Positions 1 to 15,739 are shown, counted from the stretch's first letter. The stretch: DNA of 64,000 nucleotides from Octopus vulgaris (GCA_951406725.2 OX597820.1:33170001-33234000), one strand, 5' to 3'. Program-made: numbers and translations. Notes: generated by a model from the sequence alone, not told the origin.

Positions 1-15
1 TGTAAATATATATAC

Positions 16-62
<47 letters not shown>

Positions 63-103
63 CATATATATGTATGAAGACACACATCCACACACACATT
101 CAT

Positions 104-176
<73 letters not shown>

Positions 177-827
177 ATGTCAATGTCTTTTGTTTCTCAC
201 CCATCGAGGTTTCTCAGAGTAGGTCACACTGTCTCTGTCTATCTCTTTTAGAACTCGCCAATTCCTAACACACACATACGCACACACACACACACACACA
301 CCAAAAGATTGGCTGCAATCTTTCGCTTTCTCTATTTTCCCCCCTAATTCCCTTCTCTCCATTATCTCTTTCCCTCTTTTTGTCTCCAATTCTTCCTCCC
401 TTTCTTCGTATTATTTTCTCTCCCCTCTTTCTCGGACTGTCCTTCATTGCTTTTCTATCACTATCAGCTGAAATCATTCACAAACATAGAAATTGGGTTA
501 CTTTGAAGGCTTGTTTGGTCACCGAAAAGCATTAAAGGACACCGCATTTGATGTTTGGGACATACATACATGAATGTGTGTTTCTGTGTGCGCTCGTGTG
601 TGCGTGTGCTTAAGTGGTTATGTATGTATTTACCCCAAAACATATACATGTGTCTGTGTATATATATATATGCCTACATACACAAACAGACACCCACCCA
701 CACACATATATATATTTATATACACCCACAAACATATACATGTTCTGTATATATATATTTATATATAAATACATGTATATACATACATACGTACATATAT
801 ATATATATATATATATATATTCATATC

Positions 828-858
<31 letters not shown>

Positions 859-903
859 TTATATACACACACATATATATGTATGGATACATACATACAT
901 ACG

Positions 904-946
<43 letters not shown>

Positions 947-979
947 TTATACATACATACACAAACGCACACACACACA

Positions 980-1018
<39 letters not shown>

Positions 1019-1416
1019 GTGTGCGTGTATGTGTGTCTGTCTCTGTGTGTGTGTGTGTTTGTGTGTGTGTGTTGTTTCCTAACCTAGCACGTTTCATAAG
1101 CTCCATTGTTTAAATAATAATAGAAATCCGCTCGCCTTCATATTGGGTTTCATTTGATAAGAAGTCTGTAAGCTTCTAATTTATCACAAGGAGTATACAG
1201 GGTAATAAGGGGAGTTGTGATATTCATGCATTTTTCTAATACCAATTTGAAGACCTTGAAGTGACGTAAAATTAAGTCCACAGACAATCGGACCTCGATG
1301 TTCTTGTTCTCTATTTATATTTCTATACTAAAATACACAGAATATGTAAAAGGAATTAAAGAAGTTTAAATTACCAGTACCGACTAAATGCACCTGTTTG
1401 TACTTATCTTTATATG

Positions 1417-1861
1417 CAGAGATCCCTCGTTTATCGCGGTAGATTGGTTCCGAAACCGGCCGCGATAACTGAATTTCCGCGAAGTAGGGACACCATATTT
1501 ACAGTATTTATTTAACGTGCATTTGGACTTTTAAAACCCTCCCTGTACTGTTAACAACCCACCCATTATAGTAGTCTATTAATATCAAGGACAACTGTTA
1601 AACAATAACACTTTAGATTTTAAAAAATAAAGATTGTTACTGTTACACCGGCCAGATTACAAAATAGAAAGCTGTGATTTGTCGTCTCTCTCCATTGCAC
1701 CAATCACAGCCCGTCTTAAGTTCAAATACCCCTGTATATGCTTTTTTGCTATTTTACGCTTGCTTTGTTGTTCCTAGCCTATATATATATATATATATTT
1801 TAAAAATCCGAGAAGTCGTGAATCCGCGATAGTTGAACCGCGAAGTAGCGAGGGATCACTG
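1417..1861. mobile_element. Tigger/pogo-like MITE (non-autonomous Tc1/mariner superfamily)
   Basis: Imperfect TIRs CAGAGATCCCTCGTTTATCGCGGT (1417) and ACCGCGAAGTAGCGAGGGATCACTG (ends 1861), followed by TA; no ORF; CpG-rich subterminal repeats. Confidence 0.75.
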
Positions 1862-2377
1862 TAATAATAGCCGATATAATTTTTGTTGGTTGTTTGGATG
1901 GTTGATTGATTTCTCCATCCGTATAAAGGTAGGAGCAGACAGAATAAAAGCGAGAAACATAGAGAGTTAACTCAAGATGTGCTGATGAGGACGAAAACTA
2001 GACTTGGTGATAGGCAATGAGTAAAGGAACGCTATACTCACACATACACATTGAAAGAGAACAATCAATAAGAACAAAAAGAGGAGGAGGAGATGGAGAA
2101 AGAGAGGGTGTAAAAGACTGAGTTGTTATAGAAAATTTGCTTGATTTAATTGCATTATGTCGTTATGAATAACTATTACCGATAGATGCAGTATTAACAC
2201 CAAAAAGCAATTTTTATATCCAACTTAACGTGAAAGCTTAGTTAGAATGTTGAATAATTACGTTATTAACTTTGAGAGATCCTTTAATATAGGCGCAATT
2301 ATATGCGTCTGTATGAAAGGTCCTTCTTTTGTTATATAATGTAAGAATGTGATGTGAGATAGATTTGGTTGTTGTCC

Positions 2378-2899
2378 TCTTCTTCTTCTTCTTCTTCTTC
2401 TTCTTCTTCTTCTTCTTCTTCCAATCAGGACTCACGCCATTAGCCACAAAGAATAATCTCTAATTCGAGCCTACTCTAAGCTACTAAGAATGCGTGTGGC
2501 AACATGAATATCCACCCACCACACGCGATAGACTGGCGGTTGCACGGGCACGAAAGCTACGTTGTTATCCTCATTCCGTAAGCGGTGGCTTTTAACGGGT
2601 GGAGAGCTGAACCATCCTGGGGTACAGAGGATTCGCAATCTAGACTAGGGTTTGAAAGTTTACCACACCATAGTGGGTTGCACCATTGTTCCTCTGCTTT
2701 GTGGCAGAAGGAGGAAGAGAGAGTGAGAGAAAGTTGTGGTGAAAGAGTACAGCGGTGTTCACCACCATCCCCGTCGGAGCTTCGCGGAGCTTAGGTGTTT
2801 TTGCTCAATAAACACTCACAATGCTCGATCTGGGAATCGAAATCGCATTCTTACAACCGTGAGTCTACTGCCCTAACCACTGGGCCATTGCGCCTCCAC
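2378..2899 (-). mobile_element. tRNA-derived SINE, family C, long tail ending in (GAA)n
   Basis: Head GTGGAGGCGCAATGGCCCAGTGGTTAGGGCAG with A/B-box-like motifs; body shared with copies at 6621, 8708, 14199, 28774; (GAA)n tail at 2378-2420. Confidence 0.7.
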
Positions 2900-3499
2900 T
2901 TTGGCGGTTGTTTCTACATTCGTAAGTTGAGCAACCCTAGTAACGCAACTCTTTGAGCTCATACTCGTTGTTGATGATGGTGTTAGTGTCGGTGTAAGAT
3001 GTATGAAATAAAACAGTGACGGTTGGGGGGATTGTGGGAAGGTAGTAGTCATGTCAAAAGGTCGATGTGTACATTTTGGATTTAGAGAACAAACAGAAAA
3101 AGAAGAGCAAAGAAGGGAGAGAATGCATGCACAAGCGCACTGCTTCTTTTTAATCCTTTTAGCATATAGATTAATTATCTGGGTGGTGATGTTAGGTGGC
3201 ATATAGGGTATATATACACATATGTATTTATATACGTATATCATGTGTATATATGTATATATTCATATGCATATTTACCTAAATTAAACATATATATATA
3301 TATACATAATATATGCAAATACATATGCATACTTGCATAAATACATACGTACATATATACATATGTACATACGTATGTGTGTGTATACGCACACACACGC
3401 ACGCGCGCACTGACATACATGAAGCACAGTCGTATACCAGCACATATCTGCATTTAGATAGAGTTTGTCTATATGCATAAATGTATACGCTCCTCTCCT

Positions 3500-3790
<291 letters not shown>

Positions 3791-4249
3791 GGACAGAATG
3801 GTCAGACGCGAGAGGGACGTTAGGGGAGATAACAGGGTCAAGTGACTTCCAATACGAAGGAGCCCCCAACACAAAGGTGCGTGTGTGTATAAGAGAGTAT
3901 GTATGTGCGTGTGAAAGAGGGCTGGTGGTCTGAACGTGTGTGTGTGTATGTATGTGTGGGTGTGGAGGTGTGGGGATGGGTGTGTGGGTGGTGTGTTGTG
4001 ATGTGATGTGTATATGTATGTGTAGGTGTAAAGATGCGGGGATGGGTGTGTGGATGTATGTCTGTGGGTGTATATGTGGGTGTATATACATATGCAGATA
4101 CATACTTTTAGGCGTATATAGATATATGAAGCTATTAATGAATGAATAACGAATGCATATAGATACAGGTACACACATGCACAGAAATACACGACTACCA
4201 ACGTACATGCAGAGGGTGATGCATACATAACAGTCATTATAATGAGTTG

Positions 4250-4504
4250 TTCTTTTATTCTTTTACTTGTTTCAGTCATTTGACTGAGGCCATGCTGGAG
4301 TACCACCTTTAGTCAAGCAAATCGACCCCAGGACTTATTCTTTGTTAGCCTAGCACTTATTCTGTCGGTCACTTTTGCCGAACCGTTAAGTTCCGGGTTT
4401 AGTCCTACTGCGTGGCATCTTGGGCTAGTGTCTTCTACTATAGCCTTGGGCCGACCAAAGCCTTGTGAGTAGATTTGGTAGACGGAAACTGAAAGAAGCC
4501 TGTC

Positions 4505-4559
<55 letters not shown>

Positions 4560-4625
4560 GTATGTATGTAGTATGTATGTATGTATGTATGTATGTATGT
4601 ATGTATGTATGTATGTATGTATGTA

Positions 4626-4700
<75 letters not shown>
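4250..4700. mobile_element. Family A SINE fragments in opposite orientations (3' part on minus 4250-4392, 5' part on plus 4393-4700)
   Basis: Direct match to the family A copies at 13372 and 16514. Confidence 0.75.
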
Positions 4701-4703
<3 letters not shown>

Positions 4704-4893
4704 GTTATATTTCGGGATGGTCATTTTATTGTTGTTGAATGCTCGAAATGAGGAGTAGATAGACTGCCGACAACTGATAAATAGCCGTTCTCTGTGTTTA
4801 CTTGTCCTGTTTTCCACTTTTCTCTCTCATTGTTTGGGTATTTAACTCTTTTGTTTTCGTATTACATGTTGTTTACGCAGTTAGTGACGTTCT

Positions 4894-4996
4894 GTATACT
4901 GGGCTTCGTATATTTTACCCCAGTGTCACTTTGATGGCATGCACTGCTCTCTCACTCAATAATAATAACAACAACAACAACAACAACAACAGCAAC

Positions 4997-5070
<74 letters not shown>

Positions 5071-5530
5071 AGCAAATATTCTACTCAATACCACAGATTT
5101 CCTTGTCAGTTGTTTGACCTTAACCAGTTGAGCATGTCCCTTAGTGGCTGATGATATGTGCATCTCTGATCACAAGCAGAAGTAGTGGGGGAACATCATA
5201 GCCATGTGTTGAGAGGGATTCTTTGGGGTTTGAATAATTCACCTCTGGAAACATGGATGTTTCGTTCATCATCCTTAAACAACCCTTATTCAGGAACCTT
5301 TTGAGCAGGATGGGTTACTCGACCAGAAGAAAATTCTAACTGGGCTCCATCTGCAAGGTCATGTGCTGTTTATCTTGATATGAGATCACCATGTTGCGCA
5401 CATATGGTTGTGATGCATGTGCCTAGTGTACCCTTATCAGACGGGTAGTCCTGATGGGTATACTGGGCTTCGTATATTTTACCCCAGTGTCACTTTGATG
5501 GCATGCACTGCTCTCTCACTCAATAATAAT
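4894..5530 (+). mobile_element. (AAT)n-tailed non-coding retroelement: 3' fragment (4894-4960), (AAT)n, then full copy (5068-5530)
   Basis: Both parts end GCACTGCTCTCTCACTCAATAATAAT; highly similar minus copy at 32961-33417 and a fragment at about 52781-52930. Confidence 0.75.
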
Positions 5531-5801
5531 AGTGTTTTCTCATAAACTCAGAACGTAAAGATGGACTAAATGCCGCTAAGCACCTGGTCCGGCGTGCAAA
5601 CGAGTCTGCTGGTTCGCCACCTTTAAAGATAATGCTTTCTACAATTGGCGTAAATCGTAACATTTTGATGGAAGGAGCTATTCGATTACATAGAGCCCAG
5701 TTCTCAACTGGTGCTTATTTCATCGATCTCGAATGGATGAAAGGCAAAGTCAACTTTGGTGCATTAACTATTCTGCCCGCTTACCGTCTTAAAACTTAGA
5801 T

Positions 5802-5852
5802 GCTTACAGCACCTAGGTCTCTCAAACAGTCACCCATCTGAGTACTAACTAG
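5802..5852 (-). pseudogene. Degenerate 5S rRNA 3'-half fragment (or head of a 5S-derived SINE)
   Basis: GCTTACAGCACCTAGGTCTCTCAAACAGTCACCCATCTGAGTACTAACTAG resembles the reverse complement of the animal 5S rRNA 3' half (GCYTACAGCACCYGGTATTCCCAGGCGGTCTCCCATCCAAGTACTAACCAGG), with many mismatches. Confidence 0.55.
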
Positions 5853-6079
5853 AATTTATGAAGGATTTATCAAAATAACTTTGTGGTTATTAAGCTGATC
5901 TTTGGAACATAAACTTACGCGCAATTTTGGTGAAAGATTTTAATTAAAACCACTTTAAAACAGGAATTTTGTATCATAGAACCAGGAGCAGCCTCGGATA
6001 GTGTTGGTACTGAAAGGATTCACAAGAAAACTGAAGTGTCATTCTACTACCACAAGTGGGAGCCCTCTTTTATACCTTT

Positions 6080-6550
6080 ATTCTTTCATATGTTTCATCC
6101 CTAAGGTTGTGGCCATACTGGGTCACCACCAGTGTAACCATCTTTTCAATAGATCAATCTTATGTGATTGGTTTTTTGGGAAGGAAGGAGGAAGTTCGAC
6201 ATTGCTGCCCTCCTTTGTGTCTCCTCCCTTGATATTGGTTCATATGGGATCTTGGATAACAGGCGGTCAAGTTGTTTCTTGAAAACATCTACATCTACCC
6301 CCACTGCTTGAAGATCCCTGAGATGTTTTGTCAAGGCGTTAAATAGCCGCTGGCCCATGAATCCCAATCTACTGTAGTATATCGTCCTCACTGTAGATGA
6401 GAAAGCTGGTACCTTTGGAACAAAGCAGTGATGTCCAGTTCGGGATATGGTATAGCTCTCGATTCCAAAGTTTGGTGCCAGCCCCTCCAAGATCTTATAT
6501 ATATATATCGCTGCATACCTCTACCGTCTTCGCTCCAGAGAGTAGCATCT
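6080..6550 (-). mobile_element. Decayed 3' fragment of a CR1/L2-group LINE ORF2
   Basis: Minus-strand translation ...ILEGLAPNFGI...GQRLFNALTKHLRDL...VDVFKKQLDRLLSKIPYEP parallels the C-terminus of the LINE at 35827-36621. Confidence 0.7.
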
Positions 6551-6620
6551 ATTAGCTAATTTTTAACTTGTAGATGTTAATGTCATTGTATGAGTCATTA
6601 CACCTCGTATACCAACAACT

Positions 6621-6935
6621 GTGGAAGCATAATGGCCCAGTGGTTAGGGCAGCGGACTCGCAGTCAGAGGATCGCGGTTTCGATTCCCAGACCGGCTGTT
6701 GTGTGTGTTTATTGAGCAAAAACATCTAAAAAGCTCCACGAGGATCCGACAGGGGGTTGTGGCGACCTCTGTTGTACTCTTTCGCCACAACTTTCTCTCA
6801 CTCTCTCTTCCTGTTTCTTGAGTAACGCTGCGATGGACTGGCATCCCGTCCAGCTGGTGGGGGGAACACATGCGCCACAGAAACAGGGAAACCGGGCCCA
6901 TGAGCCTGGTTAGGCTTGAAAAGGGCGACGTTTAT
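6621..6935 (+). mobile_element. tRNA-derived SINE, family C
   Basis: TGGCCCAGTGGTTAGG (A box) and GGTTTCGATTCCC (B box); 3' part CTGCGATGGACTGGCATCCCGTCCAG. Confidence 0.8.
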
Positions 6936-7224
6936 CGTTTTTTATGCCAACAACTGGCTTCACTACTTTCTTTCACACGAGATCTGAACTGTCATCCTAT
7001 TGCCAACAAGAGGACTAATTGCAAATCATTAAATGTTAATGTCTTCCATAAACCTTTATTGATGCTTCTATTAACGTTACTTCTAACACCATGACCACTA
7101 ACAACAATACCACCAACGCCACCACCACCACCACCACTACTACAACCTACACTACTATCATCACTATTACCTTACTATTACCACTACCACTATAACCACC
7201 ATCACAACAACTACTACTACTACG

Positions 7225-7256
<32 letters not shown>

Positions 7257-7353
7257 CACAACCACCATCACCATCACACTGCTGCTATATCACCAATACA
7301 CCATTGCCACTTTCTCCACGCAAATAACACCGCTACTACAGATCTATTCCAAC

Positions 7354-7590
7354 TACCTATTTCTTTACTACCCACAAGGGGCTAAACAAAGAGGGGACAA
7401 ACAAGGACAGACAAACGGATTAAGTCGATTATATCGACCCCAGTGCGTAACTGGTACTTATTTAATCGACCCCGAAAGGATGAAAGGCAAAGTCGACCTC
7501 GGCGGAATTTGAACTCAGAACGCAGCGGTGGACGAAATACGGCTACGCACTTCGCCCGGCGCGCTAACGTTTCTGCCAGCTCGCCGCCTT
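7354..7590 (-). mobile_element. SINE family B, full length with 12-bp TSD
   Basis: Head AAGGCGGCGAGCTGGCAGAAACGTTAGC; central GCCTTTCATCCTTTCGGGGTCGAT; TSD ATCTATTCCAAC at 7342-7353 and 7596-7607. Confidence 0.85.
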
Positions 7591-7938
7591 TTTCTATCTA
7601 TTCCAACAACCACCATGCCACTAACGCGTCACCATTGCGCCACTACCACCACTACAACTATCACCCAAACACTACTAACACCACCATCGGTAATACAGTA
7701 CACTTCCCCCCGCCCTAGCACCCCGACCACCACTGCCACCACAAACAACTACAGCATTAACAACAACAACAACAACAGCCAATCAAATACACCAGTTGAA
7801 GTGGCTCATATTAAAGTCGCCGCTTAATTATCTGATCTATGTTGCTGTTGCTATTGTTGTTGTTGTTGTTGTTGCAGTTGTTGATAATGTCTGATGTAAT
7901 TCTGTATATTGTCAACAAAGTGTGTTTATCATATACAT

Positions 7939-7972
<34 letters not shown>

Positions 7973-8178
7973 GTGTGCGTGTGTGTGTGTTTGTGTGTAT
8001 GCATATATATAAACATATACATATACTTTATATACATAAATACACACATGTACGTATATATATATATATATATATATACACATACATATACATATATATA
8101 CATACATATACATATATACATATACACATACATATACATACATACATATACATACATGTACATTTACAAACATATATG

Positions 8179-8223
<45 letters not shown>

Positions 8224-8379
8224 GTGTGTGAAGATACGTGAGGGTGCATGCGTGTAAGTGTGCGCAAGTGTGCGTGTTTGTGTCTGTATATTTCTATGTT
8301 TATGCCCCTTTATGTGTACGTTTGCGTTAGGTCATGTGTTGTGTATTGTATCTAAGTTCTATATCTCTGACTGTTTGTC

Positions 8380-8428
<49 letters not shown>

Positions 8429-8514
8429 TGTTGTTGTTGTAGTAGTAGTAGTGGTAGTAGTAGTAGTATCAGTAGTAGTGGTGGTTGTGGTGGTGGTGGT
8501 GGTAGTAGTAGTTT

Positions 8515-8566
<52 letters not shown>

Positions 8567-8707
8567 CGTGGTAGTTGTCTTTTCTGTCATTGTTGTTGTT
8601 GCTGTTGTTTAACCCTAGATCAGCCTTGATGCAGCTGTTCCATGCTACGTATATCGTCTGCCGAACGGCTAAATGCGACTGACACATTGTGATTGACAAA
8701 ACCATTG

Positions 8708-8986
8708 GTGGAGGCACATGGCCTAGTGGTTACAGCAGCGGACTCGCGGTCGAGGGATTGCGGGTTCGAATCTCAGACCGGGCGATGTGTGTGTTTATGA
8801 GCGAAACACTTAAGCTCCACGCGGCTATGGCAGAAGGTCATGGCGAACTTCTGCTGACTCTTTCGCCACAACTTTCTCTCACTCTTTCCTCCTGCATCTT
8901 GCAGCTCACCTGCGACGGACCGGCGTCCTGTCCAGGTGGGAAACCGGCCCTTATGAGCCAGGCGTGGCTTGAAAAGGAACAAACAA
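8708..8986 (+). mobile_element. tRNA-derived SINE, family C variant, with 14-bp TSD
   Basis: TGGCCTAGTGGTTA and GGGTTCGAATCTC boxes; TSD ATTGACAAAACCAT at 8692-8705 and 8987-9000. Confidence 0.85.
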
Positions 8987-9371
8987 ATTGACAAAACCAT
9001 AGTCATGATTGACAAAACCACATCTTCAGGATTTGTTACGACTTTCAATGACAAATGTTTATCGTCAAACTGACAATCTAGCCGTAACCATCCCATTTTT
9101 TTTTTACACCTGTATCTTATGTCCACGACCGAGTTATCCTCAATATTCAACGATTTTAAAGACGGCTGGATGGAATTTTAAAATTTAACTGCTAGTTTTA
9201 GCAGGTCGGATGTATATTTAGAGAAGGAACATCCAATTTATTCGACACCGCCTTCTAATCCACGTGATGGGACCATCAGATTAACCTCGGGATCGACATC
9301 AGAGATAAACTATGAAACAAAGGTGTCGACTGAAAATTCGAGATGGAACTCTGATTTTCACATATATATTT

Positions 9372-9781
9372 TAATCTTTTATCCTTTACTTATTTCAGTA
9401 ATTGAACTGCGGTCATGCTGGGGCAAAACCTTAAAGAATTTTTAGTCGACTGAATCAACCCTAGTTCTTATGTTTCTTTTCTGTTTTTTTTTAAAGCCTG
9501 GCACTTATTCAGTTGGTCTGTTTTGTAGAGTCGCTATCTTGCGGAGATGTAAACATACTAACACCGGTTGTCAAGCAATGGTGGAGGACAAACACAGACA
9601 CAAATACATACATTTACATATATAAATATATATATGACGGGCTTCTTTCAGTTTCCGTCTACCAAATCCATTCACACGACTTTGGTAGGCCCGAGGCTAT
9701 AGTAGAAGACTATAGGTGCCACGCAGTGTAATTGAACCCGGAACCATGTGGCTGGAAAGCAAGCTTCTTACCACGCACCCA
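9372..9781 (-). mobile_element. SINE family A (diverged)
   Basis: Matches family A across head, internal microsatellite and tail. Confidence 0.75.
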
Positions 9782-10325
9782 CTCTATGTAAATGATTTTA
9801 CATGCATAAAATATTACAATATAATGCTAATTTGATGATCTTGTATATTCATTATTTCGACTTTGTATTTGGTTTGCAACATATATGTTAGAAAAGATTT
9901 CGGAAGGGTCATTATATCAAAACTAAACACACTCACTGGTTCTCTTTCACTTCTTTTATTCATATCGAGTATTGGATTAACTGTTCGGCTAAACATTTGA
10001 TCGGCTATGATTATCAAAGTCCTTTCGTCGCCAGTTGTGACCTCTTCATTGACATGCTCACTCTTCTCTATTCAGCAGATCTTTTAAAAAGTTATATAAT
10101 ACACAAAGAACGAATGAGTGAATAAATTAATATATATCATTAGCATATGCAAATTTACATTAATTAAACCAACCAGTTTAACAAAACCCCACTTTGTTTA
10201 AATAGCTATAAGCTACAAATATCTTCAAGGACAGACAAGCAGATAGCCAGACAGAGTGATAAACAGCCAGCCTGATAGATACGTAAATAGGCAGACATAC
10301 AGACAAATAGAGAGACAGACAGGCG

Positions 10326-10371
<46 letters not shown>

Positions 10372-10374
10372 GAC

Positions 10375-10447
<73 letters not shown>

Positions 10448-11025
10448 TTCATATTCACGTACACACAAGTGTTTCTACAAAGAAATATAAAATATTTTTG
10501 CTTATATAACTGTGTGTTTGTGTGTGTGTGTGTGTGTGTATACATACGTACATACATATATATGTATATATATATATATATATATAAATATTTACACGCA
10601 TACATACCCTCAAACTCACACATTAATAATATAATATTGCGATGTAATTACGCGGCATCCAACCGGGTATATACTTGTTAACCATTATTAATTCACAATT
10701 TTGAATAGAGACGGAACAATAATGACACTCGAATTAAATAACTGTCTGACCTAATTAGTTATGTGTAAGATGGATGTTTCATAACGAGTGGAAGCACGTT
10801 CGATCACAGCATACAGCTGATGTGACACTCTTTCATTATTGTAATACAGCTTGCTAAATCCTAAATTCAACTAAATTCAACTTGTTAGTGGTACAACGTA
10901 CATACATACATACATACATACATACATACATACATACATACATACATACGTGAGTACATACATTTACACATATTTGTGTGTGTGCGTGTGTATGTGTGTA
11001 CGTATACATACATACATACATACAT

Positions 11026-11066
<41 letters not shown>

Positions 11067-11090
11067 CGTGTATGTATGTATGTATGTATG

Positions 11091-11146
<56 letters not shown>

Positions 11147-11437
11147 TAATCCAAACGGGAAAACAGAAAAAACAACAACACGTGGAACAATTAAAGTATT
11201 ATTATTATTAGGCGCTCAGGAAAAATGGAAGATATATATATATATATATATATATACATGCAAGTGGTATAACATGTACACACCCAGAAAGAAGTACGTA
11301 CGCATGCACATACATATTTCTTGTTTTTTAGTTCCTAATGTATATACACATACATATATATGTACACATACATACATATATATGTGTATACATATATGTG
11401 TGTGTGTATACTTATATATATATATATATATATGTAT

Positions 11438-11472
<35 letters not shown>

Positions 11473-11487
11473 CATACACACACACAT

Positions 11488-11526
<39 letters not shown>

Positions 11527-11573
11527 GACATATATATATGTATACATATATACGTGTGTGTGTGTTTGCAGTT

Positions 11574-11667
<94 letters not shown>

Positions 11668-11989
11668 TCGCTTAAACATATCGATACTATCAACTTGGTG
11701 TTAAGACTTAATACACACACATACACACACACACGCACACACGCATACACACACGCACACACACACGCACACACACACACACACACATATATATATGTAT
11801 GAATATATTTGCATACATACATGTGTGTGTGTGTATGATTGAATGTATGTATATATCTATATGAGTGTGTATGTGTCCTTTTCCCTACCACCAACTGACA
11901 ACCGTGCTTAAGTCACATAGCGTTTCGATATAAGTAACCGATAGAATAAGTACGAAACTCAAAAATAGATAAATAACTAGCTTAAAAAC

Positions 11990-12120
11990 AAGTATTGTTG
12001 CTGATCATATGGTTCTGGGTTCAGTCCCACTGCGTGGCACTTTGTGCAAGTATCTTTTCTTATAGCCACGGGCCGACCAAAGCCTTCTCTCTGAGGAGAT
12101 AGAAATTGAAAGAAACCCGT

Positions 12121-12184
<64 letters not shown>

Positions 12185-12400
12185 TGTGTGTGCGCGCGTG
12201 TGTCCTTGATTGCTCCCACTACCACTTGACAACCGATGTTGGTGACTTTACGTCCCAGTATCTTAGCAGTTCAGCAAATGATGCTGACAGAATAAGAACT
12301 AGGCTTACAAAAAATAAGTCGACTTCTTCGACTGAAAATCCTTTAAGGCGGTGCTCCAACATGGCTGTAGTCAATTGAATGAAACAAATAAAATAATAAC
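11990..12400 (+). mobile_element. SINE family A (diverged)
   Basis: GGTTCAGTCCCACTGCGTGGCAC head, internal (GT)n, GGCGGTGCTCCAACATGGC tail. Confidence 0.75.
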
Positions 12401-12645
12401 AGAATAGAATACATTTTACATGTACGTGTGTATGTATGTATGTATGTATGTATGTATGTATGTATGTATGTATATAACAATAATGAAAATTGGAGACAAA
12501 CGCTCGAGATATTATTTAAATCATTTTTCCCAGTTGCAGGTTTTAATAATAAAAGACCTGGTGTAAATATATGTGTGCGTGTGTGCGTGTGTGCGTGTGT
12601 GTGTGTGTGTGTGTATGTATATGTATGCATGTATGTATATATGTG

Positions 12646-13072
<427 letters not shown>

Positions 13073-13371
13073 CTATGTATGTATGTGTATCTATGTATAT
13101 ATCAAAGTGTGTGTGTGTGTATTTGCGTCTGTTTGTCCCCCATCACCGCTTCACAAACGGTATTGGTGTTTTTTTTCGTCCCCGTAATCTAGCGATTCCG
13201 CGAAAAGTGACCGATAGAATAAGTACTAGGCTTGCAAAGAGTAAGTCCTAGTGCCGATTTGTTTGGCCAAAACCCCTTCAATCCGGTGCTCCGGCATGCC
13301 CATAGTCAAAAGACTGACACAAGAGTGTAAAAGAGAAAATAAACCACAGTCTTCTGAAAATATTTCCACAT

Positions 13372-13790
13372 AGGCGCAGGAGTGGCTGTGTGGTAAGTAG
13401 CTTGCCTACCAACCATATGGTTCTGGGTTCAGTCCCACTGCGTGGCATCTTGGGCAAGTGCCTTCTGCTATAGCCTCGGGCCAACCAATGCCTTGTGAGT
13501 GGATTTGGTAGACGGAAACTGAAAGAAGCCTGTCGTATATATGTATATATATGTATGTATGTGTATGTATATGTTTGTGTGTCTGTGTTTGTCCCTCTAA
13601 CATTGCTTGACAACCGATGCTGGTATGTTTACGTCCCCGTCACTTAGCGGTTCGGCAAAAGTGTCCGATAGAATAAGTACTGGGCTTACAAAGAATAAGT
13701 CCCGGGGTCGATTTGCTCGACTAAAGGCGGTGCTCCAGCATGGCCGCAGTCAAATGACTGAAACAAGTAAAAGAGAAAAGAGTAAAAGAG
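13372..13790 (+). mobile_element. SINE family A, full length
   Basis: AGGCGCAGGAGTGGCTGTGTGGTAAG tRNA-like head, GGTTCAGTCCC B box, internal (TA)/(TG) microsatellite, GTAAAAGA-type tail; more than ten copies or fragments in the window. Confidence 0.9.
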
Positions 13791-14027
13791 TATAAAGCTT
13801 GAAGTAAATATTTGTATGTTACTCAATACATGAAAATCAGTATAAGGAAATCGAACCGCTGTTGTAAACAATTTCATTGCGGTTTAATTTCTACCAGATG
13901 TTACAGTGTTAACCTTGCTATATACACAAAAGCACTGGAAATGAATGTGAAAATATAAGATATTGGTATCTTTCTTAGGTGTAAAATCGATTGTTTAGGT
14001 AAAAGTATGTAATAAGCTCTCCTCTGA

Positions 14028-14108
<81 letters not shown>

Positions 14109-14138
14109 GTGTGTTTCCCGCTTGTAAAACAACACATA

Positions 14139-14196
<58 letters not shown>

Positions 14197-14198
14197 AG

Positions 14199-14478
14199 TT
14201 TGTTCCTTCTCGAGCCACGCCTGGCTCATAAGGGCCGGTTTCCCGCTTTCCTTGGCGTATAGGTTCCCCACCTGGACGGAACGCTGATCCGTCGCAGGTG
14301 AGCTTCAAGATGCAGGAGTAAAGAGTGAGAGAAAGTTGTGGCGAAAGAGACAGCAGAAGTTCGCCATTACCTTCTGTCGGAGCCGCTTGGAACTTAGGTG
14401 TTTCGCTCATGAACACACACATCGCCCGGTCTGAGATTCGAACCCGCGATCCCGCGACCACTAAGCCATGTGCCTCCC
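14199..14478 (-). mobile_element. tRNA-derived SINE, family C variant
   Basis: Reverse complement of the 8708-8986 type. Confidence 0.8.
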
Positions 14479-14486
14479 CCATCACA

Positions 14487-14555
<69 letters not shown>

Positions 14556-14856
14556 CATACATACATACATACATACATACATACATACATACATACATAC
14601 ATAGACACATACATGCATACACATATATGTATATATGAATGTGTATATAGATAATATATTTAAACATATATGTATGTGTGTGTGTTAAGACATACACATA
14701 TTTGTATATGTTTTTATATAAGAGCTTATATAAATATACAAGTGTATGCGTGTGTATATTTATGTATTTATGCGTTTAATATGCAGATGTCTATGCACAT
14801 ATATATGTAACTACATATACATATATATAAACGTATAAACACAAATATATATACAC

Positions 14857-15177
<321 letters not shown>

Positions 15178-15707
15178 TAGGTAGACAGGTAGATAGACAG
15201 ATACTCATCTAGATACGTAGACAAGAGAAGCATACAAAAACACATCCTACATCATCTACACCTGAATCTATAATATTTTATCCCCTATTCTGTCCCTCTT
15301 AAAGAATCTTACCCCTACTTCAAACACTGGCGATACATCGCAAATATTGATATCGACCGCCCATAATCAAGCCTGATAATAGCCTGTCCCGTCCCACATT
15401 GCTCTTGTTTGTAGGACAGTAATTCATTCATGATGAATAGGGATGTGTTTTGTTTTTTTTATGGAAGGGGACAAAGTTTCCCTAGTGAATCACAATCACA
15501 CGCACACACACACACACACACACAAACGCACGCACATACAAATGAAACACTACTTGCATAAATCTTCGCATGTAAACACGATCCGTTCTATTAATTTCCA
15601 TATCTATTCACAGAATTCATTTAATATGTATGCTTGTGTATATATACATATAAATATGTGTATATATATGTATATATATATATGCATACATACATACATA
15701 TATAAAT

Positions 15708-15739
<32 letters not shown>

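Noticed and set aside
1982-1996. CTGATGAGGACGAAA hammerhead-like string
   Set aside because: No workable stem II, stem III or stem I; probably chance.
6621-6695. tRNA gene calls at SINE heads (also 8708, 13372 and others)
   Set aside because: A and B boxes are present, but they run into SINE bodies with TSDs and show no clean cloverleaf or terminator.
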